Below are positions 26,601 to 39,494 of a stretch of DNA of 64,000 bases, piece after piece. Each line of letters opens with the position of its first letter. Position 1 is the first letter of the stretch. The DNA lies in contig CM075994.1 in NCBI GenBank assembly GCA_038087875.1, positions 7,814,001 to 7,878,000 of the forward strand, written 5' to 3'. The stretch is from Malacoraja senta (taxonomy: Eukaryota). Both the position numbers and the translations under genes were made by a program. Below the pieces are notes generated by a model. It was not told where the DNA came from, did not search any database, and saw only the letters and a list, made by a program, of their open reading frames with translations.

Positions 26601-27367
26601 AGAAGAGAAGCACATCAGGTCCTCTTTTGCACTATGTAAATTGGCATTCCCCCAATTTAAGACCTTAATATGGGGGACCAACCTTATCCCTTTTCATAGC
26701 CAGCATCTGGCTACTGGTTCTAAAGTGTTCCCCAACCAACACTTTCAACCAACGATGATGAGGTGAGGTACAGTCCCTTCTCCGGAAGGCTCTCTACATA
26801 TTGTTTCAAAAACCTCTCTTGGACTCGCATACATTTCACCAACCAAGGTAAACTCATTCAATGCTACATTCAGTTAAAATCCCTCGCTACTGTAACTCCA
26901 TTGCTTTTACACTTTCTGCAATTTCTTTAGGATTGCATTGCTAGCTTACACTGTAGTCTACTGCTGACTAAAAGTTACTTCTTTTCAAATTACCAGCTGC
27001 AAGATTCTTATTCTTATAAATTATTCTTATCGATTATTCTTATAAATGAATCCAATATATTGACTCAAAGATACGAATGGCATTAAACAAGAAAGAATGG
27101 TGCACATGGGTTGGCAAAGAGCCTTTAAAATAATTACTCTGGTTTTTTTTCACTTCCGTTCATGACAGGAGTGGAATTTCAGTGTTGAATATCAATCTGC
27201 ATCTGATGGAAGTAGAAGAGATCACATTGCACTCCATGAATCAGGAATTAAGGAAAAGAGTTAACCAGCTGCCTTTAATTATATTAACATAATGCAATTT
27301 TAATTACATAACAGATTATAGAAAACTTTAATGGATTAATAGATTGTATAAACTGCCTTTAATTATA

Positions 27368-27730
27368 TAACGGATAATGAAAGGCCTAGATAGAGTGGAC
27401 ATGGAAAGAATGGTTCTAGTAATGGAAGAGTCCTGGACCAGAGGGCACAGCCTCATAATAAAAGGATGTACCTTCACAATGGAGAGGAGGAGGAATTTCT
27501 TTAGCCAGAGGATGGTGAATCTGTGGAATTCAATGCCACCGACAACTGTGGTAGCCAAGTCATCAGGTATTTTTAAGGCAGAGATTGATAGGATCTTGAT
27601 TAGGAAGGGCATCAAAGGTTACAGAGAGAAGGCAGGAGAATGGGGTTGAGAGGGAAAGTAGCTCAGCCATAATTAAATGGCGGAGGGGACTCGATGGACC
27701 CAATGGCCTAATTCTGTTCCTATGGTCTTA
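27368..27730 (+). mobile_element. CR1 3' fragment
   Basis: MKGLDRVD...FFSQRMVNLWNS and 3' UTR. Confidence 0.85.
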
Positions 27731-30352
27731 TTATAGTACTAATTTATTTTTAAATTGCAATAATATCAACCTTCTGTCTTTGTTTGGTATGCAAGGAGAT
27801 TTATGTCAATTTTAAGTAACAACTACTGTAACTGTTGAGTGAGAGATGACAAACTAATGGCCAGTTTCTTCATAAACTAATAAGTGGTATCATTAAAATT
27901 TGCCTTCAGATTATTTTGCAAAAAAGTAGTTACCGATAGTGAAAGTATTTGTTGAAGGCAAATTGTGTTTGATTTCACAGTTATTTAATGAAGCAATAGA
28001 AATGGCTATAAAGGTAAGTATGGTTAGATGTGCTCCAGTATTTATGGACTTCCAAAAGTGGTTTGATAATGTGCCAGATAATAGGCTTATGTTTGGAACT
28101 GTAGGCCATGGAGTAAAAAGGATTACAGTAGCAAGGATATAAAAAATGCTAAGTGACAGGAATCGGAGAGAGGTAAAGAGAGTCAAAAAACCTGCAGATG
28201 CTGTAAATCTGAAATTAAAACAGAAAATGCTTGAAAAATTCAGCAAGTCAGGCAATATCTGTGGAAAGAAGAATAGCTAGCATTTCAGGTCTGGGATCAT
28301 TTGGCAGAACTGAGAAAGAGAAGTGAGTGGTGGTAGATTCAACTGAATCATTTAAAAGTTGGTTTATCAGTAACTGAAAAAAAAATTGCAGGGTTACAAG
28401 GAGAGAGTAGGGAGATGGTACAGCTTACTTTTACACAGAACTGAAATGGACTCAACAACTGCCCGCCGAAAAGTATATTAAGCCACTGGTGTTATTTAAC
28501 AAAAAACTCAAAAGGCTCATACTCAAATACTGCGGCAAATATCAAAGAGCAAACCTGAACCTAGGTATTGTGCAGAAAGTGACTGTCCTCCTGACATCTC
28601 AAAGCCTTTCCACATTCTATGAGGCACCAGTTAAGAGTATGATGCAATACAATTCACCTAAATAAGAGTAGCTATCTCAAATTTTATTAGCCTCATCCAC
28701 ATCCAGGACAGAATACAAAGTGCTATATTAACCCAGTGGGTCAGACAGCATCTCTGGAGAACATGAATAGGCGCTGATTCAGGTCGGGATGCTTCATTGA
28801 ACTGGCTGTTGTAGTGGTGGGGAAGAGAGGTGAGGGTGGGTGAAACCATCTTTCTGTGTTCAGCTCAACAAAAAATTCAGACGAGTTAAAGATCAGCTGT
28901 GCGTACAATGTGAAGAATGTCTCAGACAGTAGTTTTAATGCCACAGATACTGCTTCAGGTGATCTGTCTGGAATCACAAGGTGAGGTAATTGACTGACCT
29001 TCACTCTTCAGTACTTGTACTCATTGCAAAGGAGATTGGCTTCCCAGATTCAAAATACGTTTCTTTCTTGTTTGCAAATTCCTATTAGTTGAGAAATACA
29101 AATTATAGGCATTTTGCTGGCTTATCTCAGGCTCAAGGGTATACTAAAATTACTAAATACTATTTATATCTCCTTTTCTATTTCAAATATTTGTAATTTG
29201 TTGGCTTGTTGTTACTTGTCCCCTTTTTTTTCCACCAATCCCTGTTTCTCAATTCAGAATTAATACTTCCTCATGACAAATACATTGTTGTTTAAATATC
29301 CATTTGATCTTATCTTTTAGGCGTCAGCAATTAGTCACCTTTACATTTGTTTATGAAGAAAAACAAGGACTGTACATTAAACTACTTGTGGAATAAAATG
29401 ATTAGCAGCGATTAACATTTTATAGAGAACTAGACCAATTGGGACCCGTTGGGCCCCGTCCCCCAACGCAGAGGTGAGGGGGGGGGGGGGGGGGGGGCGC
29501 AGCGTCACACAAGAGGGCTGGTTCCCTAATGCGGCGTCAGCGCTCACCCCGGAGAAAGGCGCCCCCCCGGAGCCAATCACCCATTCCCCCAACATAACCC
29601 GTTTGCCCAACGCAATATTCCACCACTCACCCATAGTCCCCAACTGAGCAGGCGTGGCTCATTTTCCCTCATCCCCCTACACTCCCTCTCCCTCCTCTTC
29701 ACCCTCACTTCTCTCCCCTCACCTCCTCACCTCCTCCACTCCCTCCGTCACCTCTCCCTCCCTCTTTTTTCCCCTCCCCTCAGTCACTCCCTCCCCTCAG
29801 TCCCTCCCTCCCACCCTCCATAACCCCTCTCCCCTCCCTATCCCCCTGACCCATTAGGCCCCGTTTCCCCAATGCAATATTCCGCCACTCACCCATTTCC
29901 CCAACGCAACCCATTTCCACCACTCACCCGTTCCCCCAACGCAACCCGTTCCCCCCACGCAATCCATCCTTCCCACGTGGGGGGGGGGGGGGGGGTCGGC
30001 GCTCCCTTGAGCCAATCAATCCTTCCCACGTGGGGGGGAAAAATGTCACTCTCACCTTACTCCCCTTGAAGCTGCTGATCCCATTGTCTCTCTGTCACCT
30101 CTCCCTACCTCTCTGTTTCCCTACCCTCAGCCACTCCCTCCCTCACCTCTCCCCGTTCGCACTACCCCACTAAAGACAATGTTTAAATCACATTTCTTCT
30201 TCTCCTATCCCCCACTCCGTCAACTTTCACAGCTTGTGTATTGGCAGCAGAGATCACATTGTGATGTCATTTTCGGTTGTCAGAATGTTCCCGGCAGCGT
30301 GTGCCTGAGATCCCATTATGATTGGAGTGTGAGATGCCATTGTGACATCATC

Positions 30353-30750
30353 TCCGTGGATTGTCACCTTGTCGTGGTGGAGGAGCTTGTGTGGTCCTGA
30401 GATCCTGAGAGCGATGCCGTCTGGAGCTATGCTCCTGGTAGGGTCACCCATGGCGGTAAGGTCGAGGGGGAGGTCTCTGACAAAGAGCAATCCAACCAAG
30501 ACCTCAACGGTGGAACAGGCGGAGGATGATGGCTAACTTTAGTGGAGCGTCACAACGGCTGGGAAGGCTGCAGCAGAAAAGGGTGCCCGGTCGTCTTGGA
30601 TTCCATGCCACTGGATTCTGACCCAGATCTGTCAAGGACCGTGTGGTGGCTGTCTGTGGACCAGTCTCCCCACGTTAAATAAAGTCACGCACAGGCGTCC
30701 TCCATGAGAGGACAGTCATACTCGTTTCGAGTGACCGCCGATGATGATGA
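30353..30750 (+). mobile_element. Non-autonomous RTE-derived retroposon (5' UTR-like plus 3' tail)
   Basis: Expander/Rex3-like 5' UTR (tgtcaccttgtcgtggtggagg...ctggtagggtcacccatggc). (GAT)n tail. 12-bp TSD tgtgacatcatc at 30341-30352 and 30751-30762. Confidence 0.8.
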
Positions 30751-31189
30751 TGTGACATCATCACTGGAAGCTGCTGGAAACCTCTCACTGCAGAGTCAGT
30801 TATTATTTTCAAAGTTGGCTTTTTTAAACCTTTAAATATCAATAACGTGAAATATAACATCAAATGTGAAGAAACTTGATACGAACGACCACGGGAAAAA
30901 GCGGAGTAAGATTCTGCAAAAATTTTCACACTATTGTGTACTGTTTTGGCGTACTTTCTTGAGATCACGCGCACGCACACACACAGGCAGACATTCAAAC
31001 AAGATGAGACTTTTAGTATAATACTAGACTAAGTGGGACCCGTTGGGTCCCAGTCACACGAGAGGCCTGGTACCCCAACACAACCCATTCTCCAACGCAA
31101 TATTCCACCGGTCACCCATTCCCCCAACGCAACCCGTTCCCCCAACACAATATTCCACCACTCTGATCCCGGCGGAGGAGAACGACCAG

Positions 31190-31352
31190 CGCTGGGCTGG
31201 GTTGGGTCTCCAATGCTGGGCTGCTGCTTGATGATGGGCTGCTACTTGGGGCTGGGCTGCTGCTTAGGGTAGGGCTGCTGCTTGTGGCTGGGCTGCTGCT
31301 TGGGGCAGGGCTGCTGCTTGGGGCGGGGCTGCTGCTTGGGGCGGGGCTGGGT
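31190..31352. repeat. GC-rich minisatellite, unit about 18 bp (gggctgctgcttggggc)
   Basis: About 8 tandem units inside Helitron unit 2. Confidence 0.85.
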
Positions 31353-32744
31353 TGCTTCGGGTCCCTCCGGTGGAAACCTCCGCCGGCCATCCTCAGGTCC
31401 AGTAAAGACACGATGGCGCAGGAAGGGGCGGACCGTCCCGGGGAGTGACAGGGGAAGAGGCTAATCCGCGCGGCGCAGACTGGCAGGAGAAGAGATTGAT
31501 CTGCGCACGCGCGGTTTTTAAGATCTTTAAACCTCGTTAACTTTTACGACATTCAACCAATCGGAACGAAACTTGGCGCACTCACAACACAGGAGAACGG
31601 TGAGTGAACTGGCAAAAATCGTAGCGCTATCGTGAACCGTTTTTGCGCAAATAGAAAAACCGCCAAACTGGAAGATAACAAGATCAGAGTTATAGTTATG
31701 TACTAGACCAAGTGCAGACCCATTGGGTCTGTCCCCCCCAACGCGCGGTTGCAGGGGGGGGTGGCATGCGGTGTCACACACACTAACTACCCCCCCGCAC
31801 ATACGCTAACCGCTCCCTTTATTCCCCACTCCCTATCTCTCCAAACTCCTCTCCCTCTATTCCCCTCTTCCCCACTCTCCCTCCTCACGTCCCCCATTCC
31901 CACCCCTCTCTCCCTACTCCCTCCTCCCTCCTCTCCCTCAATCCCGCCACTCTCCTCATTCACCTCCCCAGGATCTCCCTGCCCCCCGGGAGCCCGCCGC
32001 GCAGGTCCAGAGCAGCAGCCGTCGGCCTCAGAGTCAGCCTCAGCTCCTAGGCCTCGCATCCTCGGCGCGTCCTCTTTCTATCCCCGTAGCCAGCCGGAGC
32101 CCGCCGGTGATCACCGGGTCGTCACAGAGGACTGATTCCCGAACGCTTCAGACCCCGAGTACGGGGAGGGGGAGAGGGTTGGAGTGGGCAGGCGTGGGTC
32201 CGAGTGAGGCCGTGGGCCGACTGCGAACAGTTAACGCTGCCGCCGCAATGTTCGAGAAGCCGAGCCGAAGCGCGAGCGGACTTCTTTTGTGGGAGTCCAG
32301 CTGCGGGAGGCGTGGTGCGAACGTACTTAGTGTTGATCCACTTGGGCTGGGCGCTGGGCTGCGCTGTGGCAGCTGGGCGAGTGCTAGTCCACAGCACAGT
32401 GGGAGGCGAAAAAATGACTGAGTGGGGGGGAGCATGGTGGAAAGTGTGCCTGTGCGTTGACAGCATCTGCTTTAATCGAAAGCGTGGGTGGGGGGGGGGT
32501 GGTGCCGCGAGCTAGGGCATTGTGACGTCCGCAGCTGCCGCAGCTGGGCAGCAGTTTGATTTTTAAAAAACAGTCAGTTTTGTGAACAATTTTATTGAAA
32601 ATCTGGGGAGATAAATGACCAAATTTACAGAGGAGTGGATTTCTAAAATCATAAGGTAAATCGCTGCTGAAATCTGTAAAAGATTCCCCGTTTTGGCGTC
32701 TGGTTTTCGAGGAGATACATTTCAAAGGCAAAATGACACACGCA

Positions 32745-32776
<32 letters not shown>

Positions 32777-32805
32777 CACACACACGGTTTTAAAAGTATA
32801 TAGAT

Positions 32806-32811
32806 AGATAA

Positions 32812-32856
<45 letters not shown>

Positions 32857-32858
32857 TG

Positions 32859-32894
<36 letters not shown>

Positions 32895-33476
32895 TACAGA
32901 CAGACAATAGGTGCAGGTGTAGGCCATTTGGCCCTTCGAGCCAGCACCGCCATTCACTGTGATCATGGCTGATCATCCACAATCAGTACCCCATTCCTGC
33001 ATTCTCCCCATATCCCATGACTCTGCTATCTTTCTTAGCTCTATCTAACTCTCTCTTGAAAGCATCGAGAGAATTGGCCTCCACTGCCTTCTGAGGCAGA
33101 GAATTCCACAGATTCACAACTCTCTGGGTGAAAACGTTTTTCCTCATCTCCATTCGAAATGGCCTACCCCTTATTCTTAAACTGTGGCCCCTGATTCTGG
33201 ACTCCTCCAACATCGGGAACATGTTTCCTAATCCCTTAATAATCTTATATGTTTCAATAAGATATCCTCTCATCCTTCTAAATTCCAGTGTATACAAGCC
33301 CAGTCGCTCCATTCTTTCAACATATGACAGTCCCGCCATCCCGGGAATTAACCTCGTGAACCTACACTGCACTCCCTCAATAGTAAGAATGTCCTTCCTC
33401 AAATCTGGAGACCGAAACTGCACACCATACTCCAGGTATGGTCTCACTAGGGCCCTGTACAACTGCAAAAGGACTT
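32806..33476 (-). mobile_element. CR1 3' fragment with an expanded (GTCT)n tail
   Basis: 161-aa CR1 C-terminal ORF. (CAGA)n on the plus strand at 32812-32905. Confidence 0.9.
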
Positions 33477-33959
33477 TCAGTTTAGTTTTACTTTCAGTTC
33501 AGCTGTTTGAAACTTTTCATGTGTCGTAGGTGAGTTGAAATGCATGACTGGAATTTGCTGACCAGTCCTCATTTAAAATGATATTTGAATAGAGTTGTTT
33601 ATACTTGTCAATTGTCAGAGCTTTGACAACATGTTTTCCTGTTAAATTAAAAGGTAATGATAGATCAACAAAAAATACAATTTACTTGAATTGCTTCTCA
33701 ATGTTAGAATTATAAATTGGAGATTATATTGTAAACTTTGAGGAGTGAGGGGAATAGAGCAGAATAGAAAACAATGAGGGGAATAGATAGGGTGAATTCA
33801 CAGTCTTTTACCCATGGTAAGAGAATCACAATCCAGAGGACAAAGGTTTAAGGTGAGAGTCTAGATTTGATTAGAATCTGAGGGGCAACTTTTTTCACTC
33901 TTCGTAGTGGGATTATTGGTCGAGGTGCATGATTTTCATTTGAAGTTTAAAATGCAGAG

Positions 33960-34410
33960 CATGCGAGATCTTCCCTCCTAACCCAATTCTCCTGCCTTCC
34001 CCTCACAACCTCTGACACCTGTACAAATCAAGAATCTATCCATCTCTGCCTTAAAAATATCCATTGACTTGGCCTCCACAGCTTCTGTGGCAAAGAATTC
34101 CACAGATTCACCACCCTCTGACTAAAGAAATGTCTCATCATCTCCTTCCCAAAAGAACATCCTTTAATTATATGGCCTCTAGACTTAGACTCTCCCACTA
34201 GTGGAAACATTTTCTCCACATCCACTCTATCCAAGCCTTTCACTATTTGGTAAGTTTCAATGAGGTCCCCCCCCCCCCCCCCCCATTCTTCTAAACTCCA
34301 GCGAATACAGGCACAGTGCTTACAAACGATCATCATAGATTAACGTACTTATTCCTGGGATCATTCTTGTAAACCTCCTCAGGATCCTTTTCCAGAGCCA
34401 TCACATCCTT
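33960..34410 (-). mobile_element. CR1 3' fragment
   Basis: GDLIETY...FFSQRVVNLWNSLPQ. Confidence 0.8.
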
Positions 34411-34411
34411 A

Positions 34412-34648
34412 TGGGGGGGCTTCGACTGCCGGCTGCAGGAGCTTCGATCGTCGGCTGCGGGAGCTTCGATGGATGGTTCGACTGCCCCGACTGCGGGAGA
34501 AAAATGAGGAATGTGAGGAATGTGAGGAATCCGCTGTGGTGGATGTTTATGTTAACTCTTATTGCTTTTTTAGCATGGCTGTATGGTAATCCGCATATCA
34601 CTGTACATGTGACAACAAAATACCTTTGAAACCTTTGAACCTTTGAAC
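34412..34648 (+). mobile_element. Truncated GC-rich retroposon with a Rex1-type tail
   Basis: Shares the 3' hairpin arm and atggctgtatgg...tacatgtgacaa with the 38094 element. (CCTTTGAA)n tail. Confidence 0.6.
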
Positions 34649-34894
34649 ACTAAATCCAGAATTGTCTTATCCCTGGTAGACTCCACTACAAGCTGCTCTA
34701 AGAAATCATCTCAGAGGCACTCCGCAAATTCCCTTTCTTGGGGTCCAGTACCAGCCTGATTTCCCAGTCTACCTGCATAATGAAATCTCCCATGACCACC
34801 GTAGCATTGCCTTTCTTACCTGCTGATTGTATCTCCTATCATTCAAATCCTGAGATTCGAATGCTGGACAGCCCCATCTTCTGATTAGTAAGTC

Positions 34895-36030
34895 TGCAGA
34901 TGATACTAAAATAGTTGGTATTGTCGATAGTGAGAATGGTTATCAAATATTACAGCAGGCTCTTGTTCAGTTGGGCAAGTGGGCTGAGGAATGGCTGCTC
35001 ATAAATGCGAGGTGTTACATTTTGGGAATTTGACCCAGGACAGGATCTTCACAGTGAATGGTAGGACCTTGGTGAGTGTTGCAGAGCAGAGGTTTCTTGG
35101 AGTACTGGCACACATTTCCCTGAATGTGGGGTCACAGATAAATAGGATAGTATAGAAGGCTTTTGACATGTTGGCCTTCGTCAGTCAGGGTATTGAGTAT
35201 AGAAGTTGGGATGTTATGTTTGAGTTGGACAAGACGCTGGTGAGGCCACATTTAGTGTACTGTGTTCAGTTTTGGTCATCCTGCAATAGGAAGGATGTCA
35301 TTAAGCTGGAAAAGTGCAGAGAGGATGTTGCCAGGTCTAGAAGGGGTGAGAGGTGATCTTATTCAACCTCATTCTTCTAAACTCCAGAGAGCTTCGGCCC
35401 AGGGCCTTCAAACACTTCTCATTCGTTATCCCAATCAACTCGGGGATCATTCTCATAAACCTCCTGTTGACTCGCTCCAAAGCCAGCACATCCTTCCCCA
35501 AAACTGCTCACGGTATTCCAAATGTAGCTTCAACAGCACCTGATAAAGCATCAATAGTACATCCCTGCCGTTATATTCGAGTTCTCTTGAAATTGCATTT
35601 GCCTTCCTTACCACTGACTCAACCTGCAAATTAACCTTTTGGGATTCCTGCATCAGTCCCTTTGCACCTTTGATTTCCGAATCCTCTCCCCATTTATTAA
35701 GTAGTCTAGGCCTTTATTCCTTCTACCAAAGTGCATGACTGTGCACTTTGCTACGCTGTATTCCTTCTTTGCCCACTCTTCCAACCTGTCCAAGTCCCAC
35801 TGCAGCCTCCCTGCTTCCTCAACACAACCTGTCCCTCCACCTATCTCCGTATAGTCCGAACCTGGCCACAAAGCCGAAACTTTCTCTGGAACATTAGCGG
35901 TTAAAGGGTGACATGATAGAAGTATATACAATTATGAGAGCCATTGGTAGAGTAGACAGTCAGAACCTATTTCTCAGAGTGGAAATATCAAAGACTAGAG
36001 GGCATAGTTTTATGGTGAGGGGAAAAGTGA
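34895..36030. mobile_element. Interleaved CR1 fragments (+ 34895-35360, - 35360-35875, + about 35900-36030)
   Basis: RT and C-terminal motifs on both strands. Confidence 0.7.
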
Positions 36031-37114
36031 GCTTATTTTATTGAAACTGTGGAGAGCTTCCTACACGTGATGCTTACATGTGATGATATCACTATATCTT
36101 TTGACCACATGATCTATCACATTTAAAAAAGATAAATGCTCCACAACATCCTAGTTTTGATCAAAGTAGGCTTGGTGACTTGTTTTCCCTTTGAATTTGA
36201 CTTTTCTAACCTTTGGACTACCTCTACATCAGCTATTTATAAAGTCCTTCCTGAATATACAACAAGCATGCACAGAACAATGAATGCAATAAAGTTTATA
36301 ACTCTCCCCAAACAGTAAAAGATATCACCAAATATATTTTAATTAAATATTTTGGAATTATCCATGGTAAAGAATTGAAAAGGGAAAATGTTATCAGGTT
36401 TGTTGTTTGCACCATGCAATTCATGCAAATTAGGACAGATCTTCTCAAGGTAGGACTGGGAGGCTGGCCAAGATCACAATGGAATATTTAAATCTAGAGA
36501 TTACAAAAGCATTTCCACTAGGATTTTGTCAGGAAATTAATTGTCCTTTTTAATTGGTGGGTTTAAATCTTCCATTATGTCTATATTCATATTGACTTTC
36601 TTCCCAAGGCCACCATCCCTCGCATGTAAACCTTAGCTATTGTTTGCATGCTTGACCCTGCACTACTGAAATTTACATTCTATCCCAAACTCGGTGGAAG
36701 AAAATAGCAGCCTGACAGCGAAAATATTCAGGGATGTACTCAACGTTTGAAGAATTGCAACGTCTACACTGTTGTGGGAAGCTCCAACCCATGACCACTC
36801 AAAGAGGAGTGGAGCATTTGGAATGGTATTGAGAACTTCAAGCCAAGTATTGGAAGGCTCTGTGTAAATTTGGCGACAGCATGTTAGTCTTCATTGATAT
36901 ATATTGTAAACAAATTAGTTCCATGTTCTGATTTGTGTGGCATCCCAATCTTTCTGAAGTTGAAAATAACCCATTCCATGCTAATATATTAGCTCCAACA
37001 CCAAGAGCTCATATCTTGCAAAATAACATTTTGTGTGCCACTTTGTTGAACACCTTTATAAAATCCAAATATATTGCATCTACCTGTTCCCCTCTAAGTA
37101 TTCTGGCTGTTACT

Positions 37115-37950
37115 TAGAGTCATACAGCATTGAATCTGGCTCTTTGGCCCAACTTGTCCATGCCAATCAGATTTCATATCTATGGTCACACTTGTCCACA
37201 TTTGGCCCATATCCCTCTAAACCTTTCCTATCAATGTACGTGTTCAAGTGTCTTTTAAATGTTGTTTATTGTAGAGGCCTCAACTATCTCCTTGGCAGCT
37301 CATTTCACATACCATTCACCCTTGAAGTGAAAAATGTGCCCTTCGGGTTCCTATTAAATCTTTTCCCTCTCACCTTAAACCCGTCTTCTGGTTCTTGATT
37401 CCCCTACCCTAAGTAAAAGACTCCATGCATTCATTCCATTAATTCCCCTCATTATTTTATCAGATCACCCCTTAGCTTCCTGTGCACCAAGGAATAAAGT
37501 CATAGCTTGCCCAACCTCTTCCTGTAGCTCAGGCCCTTGAGTCCTAGCAACATCCTTGTAAATCTTCTCTGCAATCTTTCTAGCTGACTGACATCCTTCC
37601 TATTGCAGGGTGACCAAAACTGAACACAATACTCCAAATATGGCCTCACTAAAATCTTCTACAACTGTAATATAACGTTCCAACTTGTACACTCAATATC
37701 CTGACTGATGAAGCACAATGTAACAAAAGCTTTCTTTACCACCCTATCTACCTGTGATACCACTTTCAGGAACTGTACACTTGCATTACTAGATCCATCT
37801 GCTCTACCACATTCCCCAGGGCCCTACCGTTCACTGTGGAGGTCCTGCCCTGGTTTGACTTCCCAAAATGCAACACCTAACACTTATCTGTATTGAACTC
37901 CATTAGCCATTCTTCAGCCCATTTCCCCCAGCTGATCAAGATCCTCAAAT
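37115..37950 (-). mobile_element. CR1 3' fragment
   Basis: Reverse match to the RT C-terminus and 3' UTR. Confidence 0.75.
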
Positions 37951-38093
37951 ATCTCTAATTCTTTTATCAGACATGATTTCACCTCATTACACTACGTTGA
38001 TCCTGATGGATAAGATTATAATTTCTAAATGTGTTGCTGTTATTTTAATAATCGATTCCAACATTTTTACCATTATAGGTGTATAATCCACTA

Positions 38094-38944
38094 GGGGCGC
38101 CGCATTGAAGGCAGCCTCTGCCTACAGCCTGTTTGCTTTTCAATCTTTATAACATTTGTTAGTCAGTTTTAAAGTTTGTTCGGGCATTCTTTAGCTTTTT
38201 TATGTGGGGGAGGGGGGTAGGGTAAGGGGGAAACTGTTTCCCAGTCACTTCCTGGCGAGGACGCGACTATTCTCCGAGTCGCGTCCTCTCCCCCGTCCTC
38301 GCAGCCTACCAACTGGATTGGAGCGGCCTTTCCTGCCGGGGACCCGGACCAGAGCTCCAGCAGCAGCGGCGCAGCGCTGGATTCACCGCGGAATGGGCGG
38401 ATGCCTACCTGGGATCGCCGTTGAAGCTCCGGAGTTTTGGGCCACTGCTCCAACATCGCGGAGCTGTGGTTTGGAGAGCTTCCAGCGCGGCCGGCGCTGT
38501 CTTCAACATCGCGGAGTCCTGGGGCCCTTTGCCGAGGGCCGCCAGCGTTGAATCTCCGCCCAGCACGGCCTGTGGACTTTGGGAGCCGCGGACTCCAGTA
38601 GGAGGTGCCCGACTCGGATGTCCAAGCCGCTGAGGATGTCCTCCAGTCCCGACGTCGGACTTCCATCACCCCGGCGAGCGGGCCTGAACATCGGGCTGCC
38701 CGTAGCGGCGACAGCGGGGGTTCGGGAGCCCCCCGACCACGGGAGGACAACAGAGGAGGATGGCTGAATTTTGGAGCCTTCCCTCACAGTGGGAAACTTT
38801 GATCCTGCTGTGTGGGGATGCTTGTGTTAAGACTTTGTGTTATGTGGTCTTTATTATTCGTATGGCTGTATGGCGACCACACATTGCACTGTACCAATTG
38901 GTACATGTGACAAATAAATGTATCTTGTATCTTGTATCTTGTAT
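38094..38944 (+). mobile_element. GC-rich non-autonomous retroposon, possibly near full length, with a Rex1-type tail
   Basis: CpG-rich body, hairpin at 38785-38812, and tail cactgtaccaattggtacatgtgacaaataaa plus (TATCTTG)n. Confidence 0.65.
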
Positions 38945-39494
38945 GTTTAATGGGCCTACAATTAACCTCTTCTTAGCTTCCAGCATTTTTGAATAAGCCT
39001 AATACATTTGCTTTTTTTTCATCTTTGGGTACCTCCCTAGAATATAAATATTTTGGAAAGATTACAACCAATGTATTCAATCCCTTTGGAACCACCACTT
39101 TTAGGAGCATGGGATGCACACCATTAGTCCGGTAGACATATCAGCTTTAAGCCCCATTGATTTGCCTAATGCTAGTTCTTTATTGAATGATTTAAAAATA
39201 TATATATATATAGGACATTCATAGTATTTTATAGCATAAAGACTGATGTAGAACATCTTTTAACTCATTTGCCATACCCATGATCTTCATAATTATTCCC
39301 TTGGCCTCCCTCTCTGAGGATCCTATGTTCACTTTAACTTCTCTCTTACTTTACAGAGAAGCTATTTATATTTCCTTTAGATTTCTCATTTGTTTGCCAT
39401 CAAAGTTTATTTATTTCCATATTAATTTTTTCTAATCCTCTTTTCCTAGATCCCTAGAGACCTGGTGCATAAGACCCTCTCTTGTTAAGTAATA

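Larger units (their letters stand above)
29430..32804 (-). mobile_element. Three head-to-tail non-autonomous Helitron-like units (29430-31023, 31024-31702, 31703-32804)
   Basis: Each unit ends on the minus strand in a GC hairpin (e.g. GGGACCCAACGGGTCCC), about 7 nt, then CTAG/T. The outer 5' end reads A/TCTATATAC. Subterminal regions are related and there is no TSD. Confidence 0.75.

Noticed and set aside
27169..27262. Possible exon after a pyrimidine tract
   Set aside because: No convincing donor site and no recognisable peptide.
30356..30495. Canonical HDV, hammerhead or hairpin ribozyme in the RTE-derived element
   Set aside because: The required core nucleotides and topology could not be fitted.
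31190..31352. CRISPR-like array
   Set aside because: Simple minisatellite with no spacers, in eukaryotic DNA.
38169..38802. Overlapping GC-rich ORFs (also 4572-5201, 31749-32515 and 40140-40721)
   Set aside because: By-products of high GC content in non-coding repeats, with no protein motifs.
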